NCBI GenBank assembly: GCA_027063295.1
Contig: JAMORZ010000125.1
Span: forward strand, 1-38,726
Length of the DNA stretch: 38,726 nt
Reading direction: 5' to 3'
DNA from: Sulfurimonas sp.
GTDB lineage: Bacteria; Campylobacterota; Campylobacteria; Campylobacterales; Sulfurimonadaceae
Part shown: positions 1 to 9,779 of the stretch, piece after piece
How the letters are laid out: each line of letters opens with the position of its first letter
Position numbering within the stretch: position 1 is the stretch's first letter
Made by a program: the position numbers and the translations under genes
Notes under the pieces: model-generated
Told to the model about the DNA's origin: nothing
Seen by the model: only the letters and a program-made list of their open reading frames with translations
The model's database searches: none

Positions 1-146
1 CACACACTGCTACGACATCCACTTGAGTAGCTCAGTGTTGCATCTTCATGCGTTTTTATAAACTCCAAAGCCTCAAGTAAAGTAGCATCATCGTATGCTA
101 AAGTGTACTCTTGCACATGTTCGATACGCTCTATTTTTATCTTCAT
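1..146 (-). CDS. frdB: Succinate dehydrogenase/fumarate reductase iron-sulfur subunit, 5' part (runs off window)
   Basis: Manual translation from ATG at 146: MKIKIERIEHVQEYTLAYDDATLLEALEFIKTHEDATLSYSSGCRSSVC, the SdhB/FrdB 2Fe-2S N-terminus; directly downstream of the flavoprotein gene. Confidence 0.88.
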   Translation of the reverse strand, partial: MKIKIERIEHVQEYTLAYDDATLLEALEFIKTHEDATLSYSSGCRSSV

Positions 147-150
147 CTTG

Positions 151-1668
151 CTACTCCTTTATATAGTGAGCACCACAACTGCTCTCTCTTGCCAATGCAC
201 TCTCTATAACTTTTTGTGCTACCTCTAACATATTTGCAAACGATAAAAACTCTATCATGTTAGTGTTATACACCTCAGAACTATCTAAAACACCCATCTT
301 TGGTAGATCCTCTTGCATCTTCTCAAGTATACACAATGCCTCTTGCATCTGCTCATGTGTGCGAACAATCCCTACATTTTTATAAAGTAACTCCCCAAGC
401 TCTCTTTGTTTTTGGTAAAAATCTATCTCATTGCTACACTTAGCTACACTATCGTAAAAACTATGTTTTATGTGTGGAGAGGGAAGATGGTTGTTTTTTG
501 CATAAGTTGCTGCGGCTTTTCCCGCTTCTTTTCCAAACACCACTATCTCTAAAAGTGCATTGCCACCCAGACGGTTTGCACCATGTACTCTGTGGTTAGC
601 ACACTCACCACAGGCAAACAAACCTTTTATGTTAGTTTGTGAATTGTTATCTACCTTAACCCCACCCATAGTGTAGTGTGCAGCTGGCTTGATAGGGATA
701 AGATCATACACAGGATCAATATTTTCATACAGTTTTGCAAGTTTTCTCTCTTGAGGAAGATTCTCATCGATAAAACGCTCTCCAAGATGGCGAATATCTA
801 AAAAAACTTCTTCACCTTTTTCTATCTCTGCATTTATAGCACGACTCACCTCATCACGAGGAGCAAGTTCATCACAAAATCTCTCCCCTTTGGAGTTAAG
901 CAGATACCCACCCTCTCCACGAGCTGATTCCCCTATCAGTATGCTTGAGTTTTTCAATGATGTTGGGTGAAACTGAACAAACTCCATATCTACAAGATCA
1001 GCACCCGCTCTTGCAGCTGCTGCAATACCATCAGCAGTCGATGCTGTGGAGTTTGTAGAGTTTGTATCGTAGATCCTGCTATATCCACCAGTTGCGAGGA
1101 TGATAGATTTTGCTTTATAGAGCTCTTTTTTTCCACTACGAATATCAAGTATCAATGCTGCTGCTATCTCACCATCTTTACCCTTGAGTAGCTCCAAGAG
1201 ATACTTCTCAGCTCTCATCTCTATCCCCAAAGCAAGAGCCTTGTCGTAGAGTGTATGGAGTATCTTAAGTCCTGTATAATCTTGTGCATAACAAGCTCTA
1301 GGAGCAGATGCTCCCCCAAGTCGTCTTTGAGCAATCTTGCCATCTTGAGTACGTGAAAAACATACCCCTATGCTATCGAGCCACTCCACTGCCTCTTTTG
1401 CTTCTGAGCACATAAAACGTACCGCTTCCTCATCTGCTTGACCATGAGCAGACTTGAGAGTGTTGGCAATATGCGCATCAACACTATCTTCACTCACATT
1501 TGAAAAGGCTGCGTTTATACCGCCTTGAGCCATACATGTCTGGCTTCTTGTAGGGTACTCTTTTGTCAGCACACACACATCCGCACCTGCCTCTTTGGCA
1601 AATATGGCACTGCTCAGCCCTGCTCCACCAGCACCAATAATCAGTACATCACACTCAAATATCTCCAT
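151..1668 (-). CDS. frdA: Succinate dehydrogenase/fumarate reductase flavoprotein subunit (short form)
   Basis: GAGGAG FAD motif, AQGG, QFHPT, ELAPRD, HYTMGG, HGANRLGGN; adjacent Fe-S subunit gene; sdhA versus frdA naming uncertain. Confidence 0.85.
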   Translation of the reverse strand: MEIFECDVLIIGAGGAGLSSAIFAKEAGADVCVLTKEYPTRSQTCMAQGGINAAFSNVSEDSVDAHIANTLKSAHGQADEEAVRFMCSEAKEAVEWLDSIGVCFSRTQDGKIAQRRLGGASAPRACYAQDYTGLKILHTLYDKALALGIEMRAEKYLLELLKGKDGEIAAALILDIRSGKKELYKAKSIILATGGYSRIYDTNSTNSTASTADGIAAAARAGADLVDMEFVQFHPTSLKNSSILIGESARGEGGYLLNSKGERFCDELAPRDEVSRAINAEIEKGEEVFLDIRHLGERFIDENLPQERKLAKLYENIDPVYDLIPIKPAAHYTMGGVKVDNNSQTNIKGLFACGECANHRVHGANRLGGNALLEIVVFGKEAGKAAATYAKNNHLPSPHIKHSFYDSVAKCSNEIDFYQKQRELGELLYKNVGIVRTHEQMQEALCILEKMQEDLPKMGVLDSSEVYNTNMIEFLSFANMLEVAQKVIESALARESSCGAHYIKE

Positions 1669-4628
1669 TAACTCTCCTCATCTAGTTGCACTTCAATTAT
1701 AATCGTAAATATAGCACCATCTTTGCCATTTTTTACATAAATATCACCATTATGATAATCTTTTAAGATAATTTTAGACATATACAGCCCAAGTCCTGTT
1801 CCATTTTTATCTAGCTTTGTTGAATAATAAGGATCAAATATCTTGTCGATGATCGCTTCATCAACTCCCCCTGCATTATCCTCAATCTCAATAAAAACTT
1901 TTTGCTCTTTTGTAAAACTTCTTACTTTCAACAAAGGGTTCTCAATCTCTTTTACTACAAACTGATCCTTTGCATTTGAAAAGATATTTAAAGCTACCTG
2001 CATAAATTCATTTTCATGCATCATGATCTTTGTATCACTTTGAAGTAAAAATTCTGTTTGTATATTGTGACTCTTAAGCATATCTTCTACAAGTCTAAAA
2101 GCTTTTGTTAAAACATCATCGATATACAGTTTACTAGGTTGTGTATGTGGTTTGTAGTATGTACTAAAATCTCTAATGATCTGTGAGAGATTTTGCACAT
2201 AAAGAGCGATCTTATCTAATCTTTCATCAAGATAGATATAAAATGCTTCTCGCTCTTTTGGATCACTTAAATCATACTTTTCAAGCTTAACAACAGTTTT
2301 TATGGCAACTTGAGTTGCAGATATCGCACCAAGAGGTTGTTTCCATTGGTGAGCTATCATTGATAGCATCTCCCCCATCTGTGCCAAGCGAGATTGTTGA
2401 AGAAGATAATCATCTTTGCGTTTGAGTTCCTCTTTGATCAAAACACGCTCTGTCACATCCTGTACTGTACCATGTGAAAGTAGTGGCTCTCCATCTTTAT
2501 CGTAGATCGTTTTACACTGCTCAAGCACATGTTTTATCCTACCATCTTCCATGAGTAACCTATGTTCAACACGATACGGCTTGTTAAATATAAGGGAGTC
2601 CTCATAGGTTGATTGTAATTTCTCCACATCTTCAGGATGAACTTTACTAAGAAATATCTCAAAAAGCTCCTCTTCACTTACACTCTTTGAATCAACTTCA
2701 AAGATTTTAAATGTTTCTTTAGACCATTTAAGATGTTTGGTTTTGATATCAAGTATCCATGAGCCTGTTTTTGCTACCTCTTGTGCTTTTTCAAGATCAG
2801 CAACAGCGTGAGCAATCTTTTTTTCCAGATTTTGATTGATCTCTAAAACCTTTGTTTGAAGCTCTTGGAGTTGTTTGTTTTTCTTGTTGAGTACATAATG
2901 TTTGAAAAGAAAAATCAAAAAAAACACAACCACTGCCGTTGAAGCTTCATACAGATACTTATAAGAGGTCGTATTTGTGTATGTTACTTGTACCCAACTG
3001 TTAAGGATCTGCTGAAGATCCATAGGTTTGATATCTCGTGAGAGCTTTTCAAAAATACTAAACAAAACAGGATCATCTTTACGAACGCCAAAACTCACCT
3101 CTACCTTTTTATCAAACTGTCCAGAGATCTGTAAACTGTTTTGTGCCATATTTTTAATAGCATATGCACTTGCTATGAGTACATCAATATGCCCATAAAA
3201 CTTTCCATTGAGTACCCCTTGTAACCCCTCTTGTGTTGACTCAACAATAGTAAGTTTTACATTTGGATAGCGTGCTTGCAGATCCTCGATAAACGACTGA
3301 CCCCGTGAAACTGAGAAGCTTTTATCTAAAACAGTATCAAAATCGATAATATAATTGACACCTTTTATTGTTGTTATTACTAGAGGCTCATAATGATACG
3401 GAGTTGTAAAACGGAAAAAATGTTCACGGGATGGTGTTTTTGCAGCGATTGGCAAGATGTCACACTCTTTATTCATCCCTTTTTTTAAAGATTCAACCCA
3501 ACTTTTACTATCTACAAGCTTATAATGTATATCAAGCTCTTTTTGAGTAAGTTCTAAAATCTGAGCACCAATGCCAACATACTTACCATCTTCGATAGCA
3601 CTATAAGGTTTTGCATTTGGCAAAACACAGATTTTTATCTCACCTTTTTTTTGAAGATACTCTTTTTCTTTTTTTGTAAACTTGATATCTTGATAGATAC
3701 ACTCTTCAAGATCAATCGTTCCACTCACAATCCCCATAAGTTTATATGCATCAAAAATTCTTTGTATTTTATTATCTTCTATATCACCAAGTACCACACC
3801 TTTTGTGTATGCTAAATGTTTTAAAACCTTTGCTTCATACAAAAGTGCTGCTCTTGTTTTATGTTGAGGGTTATAATGTTTGTAAACAAGATCTACACTC
3901 TCATCAATATGTTCAAAAGCATATTGCCACCCTTTTAGGGATGCCTTTCTAAACGCAGCTACTCTTTTTGGATGGTTGCTAAGTTCATCTTCACTTGTAA
4001 AAAGGATATCACCATAAAAGTCAAAACCTCTCTCTTTTGGATTGAATTCTACAAATTTGATCCCTTTTTGTTGCAGAATATAGGGTTCATTTGAACTATA
4101 TCCTGCATAAAGATCTACTTTTTTTTCTATAAGATCATTGATATCAAATGTATGGTCAACATAACTAATGGTGCCTTTATCGATAAAACTTGTTGTAATC
4201 ATCGCATCAATAGCAACTGTTTCACTTGCATCTTTTGTCATCATAATTGTTTTATGTTCAAAATCTTGTATAGTTTTTATTTGCGAAGACTTCAGTGCAA
4301 TGAGCTCTAATGGAGAGTTTTGAAAAATAGCAGCAAGTAAAACGATCTTGTAACCCTCTGCACGAGATTTTACAAGGCTTGAACGCCCTATTGCGTATGT
4401 ACTTTTATGTTGAACAACATTCTTCACTACATCTGTGTCGTTTGTATATTTTTGCAAAGTAACATCAAGTCCTACATCTTTGTAAAACCCTTTTTGCTTT
4501 GCAATATAATACCCAGCAAATTGAAACTGATCTAACCATTGAAGTTGTAGTGAAACTTTTTCCAAAGGTTGTGCACGTGATGAAAACAGTAGTGTAAAAG
4601 AGAGCAATAACAATACAACAAATCTCAT
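1668..4628 (-). CDS. Membrane sensor histidine kinase: NMT1/THI5-like and PBP-type periplasmic domains, PAS, HisKA, HATPase
   Basis: Signal peptide; LQLQWLDQFQFAGYY (NMT1/THI5-like); PAS/PAC (VHPED...GTVQDVTE); IAHQWKQPL, EDNAGG, GTGLGL. Confidence 0.88.
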   Translation of the reverse strand: MRFVVLLLLSFTLLFSSRAQPLEKVSLQLQWLDQFQFAGYYIAKQKGFYKDVGLDVTLQKYTNDTDVVKNVVQHKSTYAIGRSSLVKSRAEGYKIVLLAAIFQNSPLELIALKSSQIKTIQDFEHKTIMMTKDASETVAIDAMITTSFIDKGTISYVDHTFDINDLIEKKVDLYAGYSSNEPYILQQKGIKFVEFNPKERGFDFYGDILFTSEDELSNHPKRVAAFRKASLKGWQYAFEHIDESVDLVYKHYNPQHKTRAALLYEAKVLKHLAYTKGVVLGDIEDNKIQRIFDAYKLMGIVSGTIDLEECIYQDIKFTKKEKEYLQKKGEIKICVLPNAKPYSAIEDGKYVGIGAQILELTQKELDIHYKLVDSKSWVESLKKGMNKECDILPIAAKTPSREHFFRFTTPYHYEPLVITTIKGVNYIIDFDTVLDKSFSVSRGQSFIEDLQARYPNVKLTIVESTQEGLQGVLNGKFYGHIDVLIASAYAIKNMAQNSLQISGQFDKKVEVSFGVRKDDPVLFSIFEKLSRDIKPMDLQQILNSWVQVTYTNTTSYKYLYEASTAVVVFFLIFLFKHYVLNKKNKQLQELQTKVLEINQNLEKKIAHAVADLEKAQEVAKTGSWILDIKTKHLKWSKETFKIFEVDSKSVSEEELFEIFLSKVHPEDVEKLQSTYEDSLIFNKPYRVEHRLLMEDGRIKHVLEQCKTIYDKDGEPLLSHGTVQDVTERVLIKEELKRKDDYLLQQSRLAQMGEMLSMIAHQWKQPLGAISATQVAIKTVVKLEKYDLSDPKEREAFYIYLDERLDKIALYVQNLSQIIRDFSTYYKPHTQPSKLYIDDVLTKAFRLVEDMLKSHNIQTEFLLQSDTKIMMHENEFMQVALNIFSNAKDQFVVKEIENPLLKVRSFTKEQKVFIEIEDNAGGVDEAIIDKIFDPYYSTKLDKNGTGLGLYMSKIILKDYHNGDIYVKNGKDGAIFTIIIEVQLDEES

Positions 4629-4647
4629 AAATACCCCTCTATATCAA

Positions 4648-5052
4648 TTATACCACAACTGCTAAAAGATAATAACGAGCTACACGCAAACTTCCCGCAA
4701 TAACAACAAACCAAACAAAACGCAAACGCAACACACCTGCAACTAACGTGAGTGGATCTCCAATGATGGGAAGCCATGAAAGCAGTAGTGCAAAGTAACC
4801 ATACATGTGTCCATACTCATAAGCTTTTTTACCCGTTTTTGAACCAAGCAGTTTTGTTTTTGTTTTTTCATATAAAAAATAGCCCAAGTAGTAGTTAAGC
4901 ACTACTGCTAAAACATTACCACTTGAGGCAAAGAGCATTGCATTTGAGAGTGGCATATCGTTTTGAAGGGCTACAACAAACGCAGCTTCTGAAGAAAAAG
5001 GTAAGATGGTTGCTGCTAAAAATGCAGCAAGAAAGAGAGTAAGCTCAGCCAT
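4648..5052 (-). CDS. YqaA/DedA-family membrane protein
   Basis: FLAATILPFSSE and LLSWLPIIGDPLTLVAG motifs; hydrophobic. Confidence 0.85.
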   Translation of the reverse strand: MAELTLFLAAFLAATILPFSSEAAFVVALQNDMPLSNAMLFASSGNVLAVVLNYYLGYFLYEKTKTKLLGSKTGKKAYEYGHMYGYFALLLSWLPIIGDPLTLVAGVLRLRFVWFVVIAGSLRVARYYLLAVVV

Positions 5053-5054
5053 AA

Positions 5055-5984
5055 CTAGGCTTGAAAACTCTCTTTGATATTCTCTATCACAAGTGCTATA
5101 AGTTTTTGACGTGCTTCAAGAGAGGTCCATGCAATGTGTGGAGTGAGATAGAGATTTTCTTTATTTTTCACAGCTAAAAGGGGTGATGTTATATCGAGTG
5201 GCTCTTTTGTAAAAACATCAAGCCCTATCTTGATATCTTTTTCATCTACAACCCTTGCAACTGCCTCCTCATCGATAATACCACCACGCCCAAGGTTTAA
5301 AACCACTGCACCATCTTTACACATGAACAGTTGTTCATAAGCTAAAAGCCCCTGTGTTTTTTCATTGAGTGGGGCATGGATAGTGATGATGTCACAAGTC
5401 TGTAGCATGTTTGGCAGAGTTGTTCTTTGGAAATCTTCTGTACGATTTACTCCACTTGTAGAGTAGTAAAAAACCTCAGCACCAAATGCAGTTGCCACTT
5501 TTGCAACCTCTCGACCTATAGTTCCAAGACCTATGATCCCCCACTTTTTCCCCTTAATCTCAAAGAAAGGGTGGCTCACATCTGTAAAGAGTCCACTTTT
5601 TGAGTAGCTCTTATCTTTTACACTCTCATCATAGTATCGTGAATGAGATATAAGATACAAAAGCATCGCAAATGTGTGTTGTACTACTGAATCTGTAGAG
5701 TACCCTGCTACATTTTTCACCTCAATACCCAGCTCTTTTGCAGCTACTAGATCTACATTGTTCATCCCTGTTGCAGCGATGCAGATAAGTTTGAGTGATG
5801 GGGTATTTTGCATATGTTCTTTTGTAATAACAACTTTGTTAGTAACAATAACATCTACGTTTGTTAGTCTCTCTTGCGTTTGATCGGGTGTAGTTTTATC
5901 ATACACCACAACCTCACCAAGAGTGCTAAAACCATCTAAAGGGGTATCACCAAATGTTAAGGCATCTAAAAGTACTATTTTCAT
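5055..5984 (-). CDS. D-2-hydroxyacid dehydrogenase (glycerate dehydrogenase-like)
   Basis: ATGMNNVD, GIIGLGTIG, NLGRGG, LDVF, TPHIAW motifs. Confidence 0.9.
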   Translation of the reverse strand: MKIVLLDALTFGDTPLDGFSTLGEVVVYDKTTPDQTQERLTNVDVIVTNKVVITKEHMQNTPSLKLICIAATGMNNVDLVAAKELGIEVKNVAGYSTDSVVQHTFAMLLYLISHSRYYDESVKDKSYSKSGLFTDVSHPFFEIKGKKWGIIGLGTIGREVAKVATAFGAEVFYYSTSGVNRTEDFQRTTLPNMLQTCDIITIHAPLNEKTQGLLAYEQLFMCKDGAVVLNLGRGGIIDEEAVARVVDEKDIKIGLDVFTKEPLDITSPLLAVKNKENLYLTPHIAWTSLEARQKLIALVIENIKESFQA

Positions 5985-6331
5985 TCTATCTCGTTTAATT
6001 CTTGAATTCTTTGTTTTGTTTCACGAAGTTTACACTCAGAAGCTTCCCCAAGTCCTGCTGAACCACTATGCTTATGGTAGTAAAAATTACATTTAGCATC
6101 GCTATATCGGATCCACAATCTTTGTACATTTCGTAAATCATCTTTACGAAAAGACTCAACTCTCTTCATCGCCTTTTTATAAGCGATATTAAGCAGTTTA
6201 TCTTGTCTTATAAGCTCTTTTTCAGTGCAAGACAGAGCACTATATTCATCTCTTGCACTCTCTAGACACTCTTGATAAACATCTCCAAAGAGAGATGTTG
6301 AAAGTGCAAGAGAGATGACAAGCTTAAGCAT
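5981..6331 (-). CDS. Secreted DUF1311/LprI-family protein
   Basis: Signal peptide; C...D.LLN.AYK...LR..QR.WI.Y.D..C pattern. Confidence 0.75.
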   Translation of the reverse strand: MLKLVISLALSTSLFGDVYQECLESARDEYSALSCTEKELIRQDKLLNIAYKKAMKRVESFRKDDLRNVQRLWIRYSDAKCNFYYHKHSGSAGLGEASECKLRETKQRIQELNEIE

Positions 6332-7490
6332 CTTTGATTTTTTTGATCATCTCTTGAGCTTGAGAAAGAGCATCTTGTACTTTTGCAAATACAAGTGCAA
6401 CAGCGAGTCTTCTTCCTTTGTGAGCTTCTGGTTTTCCAAACACTCTTACAAAAGAGTTTTGAGTAAAAAGAGACTCATCTACCTCTACAACTGGGGCAAA
6501 ACCGTGTTCACACTCAGATTTAAACGCAGCAGATGCACCATCACCATAGAATGTAAACCCTAGTGGAAGTCCAAGCACTGCACGAAGGTGAAGTGCAAAT
6601 TCACTCTGGCTTTGTGTTATAAGTGTTACCATACCCGTATCGTGTGGACGAGGGGAAACCTCAGAGAAGTAAACCTCATCACCTTTTATAAAAAGTTCCA
6701 CACCAAAGATTCCACGACCACCAAGACCATCTGTGATCGTTTTTGCCATCTCTTGTGCTCTTTGTTTTGCTAACTCACTCATAACAGCTGGTTGCCATGA
6801 GAACACATAATCCCCATCGCGTTGCTCATGCCCAATAGGCTCACAAAATACAGTCTCTTTGCCGTTTCTAGCTGTAAGCATCGTGATCTCATAGTCAAAA
6901 TCTACAAATGCTTCTACTATAAGTTCACTTGCATCACCACGAGCCTCTTTTGCCATCTCCCATGATGCGGGAATATCTGCTTCACTTCTTGCTACACTTT
7001 GCCCATGCCCTGAGCTACTCATAACAGGCTTGATCACACATGGAAAACCGAGTCTTTTTGCCGCTTCGAGCATACCCTCTTGCGTTGTCACAAACTCGTA
7101 AGGACCTGTTTTTAACCCTAACTCCTCTGCTGCAAAAACACGGATATTTTTACGGTTCATCGTTTTGTTTACAGCTTCTGCGTTTGGAATAACATTAAAT
7201 CCTTCAGTTTCGGCTTTGAAAAGTGCAGAGATACTGATCGCTTCTACCTCTGGTAAGATATAATCAGGTTTTTCGCGACGGATCACTTCTAAGAGTGCTT
7301 CTTCATCTTGCATATTGACCACATAGCTTCTATGTGCCACTTGATGTGCTGGAGCATTTGCATACTTATCTACAGCGATAGTTTCAAGTCCTAGACGTTG
7401 CGCTTCTATAACAACTTCTTTACCTAGTTCGCCAGAACCAAGTAACATAACTTTTTTTGAGTTTGATTTGAGGGGAGCAGAGAATTGCAT
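6324..7490 (-). CDS. purT: Formate-dependent phosphoribosylglycinamide formyltransferase
   Basis: [35 protein letters not shown]. Confidence 0.97.
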   Translation of the reverse strand: MQFSAPLKSNSKKVMLLGSGELGKEVVIEAQRLGLETIAVDKYANAPAHQVAHRSYVVNMQDEEALLEVIRREKPDYILPEVEAISISALFKAETEGFNVIPNAEAVNKTMNRKNIRVFAAEELGLKTGPYEFVTTQEGMLEAAKRLGFPCVIKPVMSSSGHGQSVARSEADIPASWEMAKEARGDASELIVEAFVDFDYEITMLTARNGKETVFCEPIGHEQRDGDYVFSWQPAVMSELAKQRAQEMAKTITDGLGGRGIFGVELFIKGDEVYFSEVSPRPHDTGMVTLITQSQSEFALHLRAVLGLPLGFTFYGDGASAAFKSECEHGFAPVVEVDESLFTQNSFVRVFGKPEAHKGRRLAVALVFAKVQDALSQAQEMIKKIKDA

Positions 7491-7520
7491 CGATATAATT
7501 CCTTCTTTAATATTGAAAGA

Positions 7521-7529
7521 ATTATATCA
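7521..7529 (-). promoter_or_regulatory. Extended -10 sigma70 promoter for purT operon
   Basis: Minus-strand TGATATAAT ~30 nt upstream of purT ATG; SD AAGGA follows. Confidence 0.55.
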
Positions 7530-7543
7530 AAATTGGATTAAAT

Positions 7544-9706
7544 TTACTGTTTTAATCCAATAAGAGTTTGTAACATCTGATCTGATGTTGTGATTGTTTT
7601 ACCATTTGCTTGATATCCACGTTGGATAATAATAAGCTGAGTAAGAGAACGTGATAAATCAACATTACTCGCTTCAAGTGCCGAAGACTGTATAAATCCA
7701 CGCCCAGCAGTTGCTGCTGTACCGATGATAGGATCACCTGAGTTGGCTGTTTGGTTAAACACATTTCCACCCTCAACTGAAAGACCTTCGTTGTTGGTAA
7801 ATTTTGCCATAGCGATCTGTGCTAGACCAAAACTTCTACCATTGGAAAATGAACCAACTAATGTTCCTGATTGATCGATACGAATCCCAACAAGATCACC
7901 ACCCGTAAAACCATCTTGGCTGATCCCTGATGTAGCTGAACGACTATCAAAAGATGTCATACCATCAAACTTGTTTGCTGTACCAAACGAAAGGCTCACT
8001 TGTTGATCTGGAGCAGAACCATTATTTCCAGAGAAGGAAACATTTGGTGGATTATATGATGCTAAAGATCCATCATTGTTAAAACGGATAGATCCTTTTT
8101 TTTCATTATATGGAGCTGTTGTATCGATCGTTGCAGGATTTGGCACTGTAATAGTCATATCCCATGTACTTCCTGTTGCAGTATCAAGTGCTGTTTTTCT
8201 AAACTCCATTCTAAGAGTATGTTTTGAACCCAAAGAGTCAAAGATATCGATAGAACTTGAGTGTGTTGCAGCATTAAAACTTTGAGAAAATGCTTTTCCA
8301 CCGCTTGCAGTTGGTAAAATAGAGTTTAGTGCTTCCATATTTCTTGTAAAACGAGAGTTATCTACAACCACTTGACCTTGTCTTTGATCACTATAACCTG
8401 TGATTTTGATATTCATATCATAATCACCATCATCTGAGCTACCAGGGTTGATAATCTCAAATTTTCCTTGATCAGTCACTCTTACTTCAATATTATTCTC
8501 ATCTTCAATACCATCACCATCTCCATCACCAACATGACGAGCTTCATCTTCCATAAACTTTCTCAAATCAGCCATGGTAGTAAATGTTTTATCACCACCT
8601 AGAGTATTTCCTGCAGAAGTTGAGTTATACTGATATCTGTGTGCTGTTGTATCACCATCTCCATCGTTAAAGCCTGCATCACTATCACCCGTTACGATGT
8701 CGATATTATGTGACGCTGCTGCATCACCATTTGTATTTGTAAGTTTAAGAGCATATTCACCATCGGCACTTCCTGCTACAACTTCTGCTGTAACACCTGT
8801 TTTTGCTGTTTGTGCATTAATCGCTGCTGCAAAAGCATTCGCATCTGCTGATTTACCATCACCCGTTGTATCGGCATGAATAGCGATCTTATTTCCTGAA
8901 ATACCAAGCTCAGGATCTACACCAAGTTCAATATCCATATCTCCATTTCCAGAAACATCACCACCAGTGAAAGTTGCTGTACGAAATGAGATCCAAACCC
9001 CTTGTTTATCTTGAAGCGAAAATGCTTCACCTGTTTCATTAAACATTACTCCAATGTTACCTGAATTAATAGGATTTCCATTTTTATCTATCGCTGCTGG
9101 TTGAAGATTTGATGCACCAGATTTGACTTCATAAGCAGGTGAAAAACTCTCTACTAATGGACCAGAATTAAGATTTGCTTTTAACACAACTTCACTTGTA
9201 GGTTGTGCAGGAGTTGTCAGTCCTGGTGGGATATTGATATCTTGAATAGGTGCAGTGGAGTCTACTTTACCTGTTACAGGATCACGTAACCACCCTTGGG
9301 CGATAAAACCATTGTTATCCACAAAGTTTCCACCCGCATCGAACTTAAAGTCCCCTGCACGTGTGTATTTATAAGTATTTCCACCATCTGGAGAGATAAT
9401 AAAAAATCCATCTCCTTGGATCGCAACATCGGTATTTTTATCTGAGTTTTGCACACTTCCTTGTGCAAAGATACGTGTCATTGAGCTTACAGTTGAACCA
9501 AGACCTACTTGAACAGGGTTTTTACCCCCAAGTTGCCCTTGTGGTGCTGTAGCAATAGCTTTCGTTTGAGATAAAAGATCCGAGAAGTTTGCACGTGAAT
9601 ATTTGTAACCAATTGTATTTACATTTGCAATATTGTTTGACTCTACATCCATCGCAACTTGGTGCGATTGTAGACCGGACACCCCGGAAAAAAGTGATTT
9701 TAACAT
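7544..9706 (-). CDS. flgE: Flagellar hook protein (long form)
   Basis: SNNIANVNTIGYK, YTRAGDF, LEASNVDLS...QRGYQAN; large variable centre. Confidence 0.93.
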   Translation of the reverse strand: MLKSLFSGVSGLQSHQVAMDVESNNIANVNTIGYKYSRANFSDLLSQTKAIATAPQGQLGGKNPVQVGLGSTVSSMTRIFAQGSVQNSDKNTDVAIQGDGFFIISPDGGNTYKYTRAGDFKFDAGGNFVDNNGFIAQGWLRDPVTGKVDSTAPIQDINIPPGLTTPAQPTSEVVLKANLNSGPLVESFSPAYEVKSGASNLQPAAIDKNGNPINSGNIGVMFNETGEAFSLQDKQGVWISFRTATFTGGDVSGNGDMDIELGVDPELGISGNKIAIHADTTGDGKSADANAFAAAINAQTAKTGVTAEVVAGSADGEYALKLTNTNGDAAASHNIDIVTGDSDAGFNDGDGDTTAHRYQYNSTSAGNTLGGDKTFTTMADLRKFMEDEARHVGDGDGDGIEDENNIEVRVTDQGKFEIINPGSSDDGDYDMNIKITGYSDQRQGQVVVDNSRFTRNMEALNSILPTASGGKAFSQSFNAATHSSSIDIFDSLGSKHTLRMEFRKTALDTATGSTWDMTITVPNPATIDTTAPYNEKKGSIRFNNDGSLASYNPPNVSFSGNNGSAPDQQVSLSFGTANKFDGMTSFDSRSATSGISQDGFTGGDLVGIRIDQSGTLVGSFSNGRSFGLAQIAMAKFTNNEGLSVEGGNVFNQTANSGDPIIGTAATAGRGFIQSSALEASNVDLSRSLTQLIIIQRGYQANGKTITTSDQMLQTLIGLKQ

Positions 9707-9757
9707 CTTAAATCCTTTAGTTTCTATCTCTTGTAGATAGAGTTAGTATAAGGATTA

Positions 9758-9775
9758 AAGCATAAAGTGTTCCAA
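9758..9775 (-). promoter_or_regulatory. Sigma54 (-24/-12) promoter of flgE
   Basis: Minus strand TTGGAACACTTTATGCTT, GG-N10-GC spacing. Confidence 0.8.
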
Positions 9776-9779
9776 AAAT

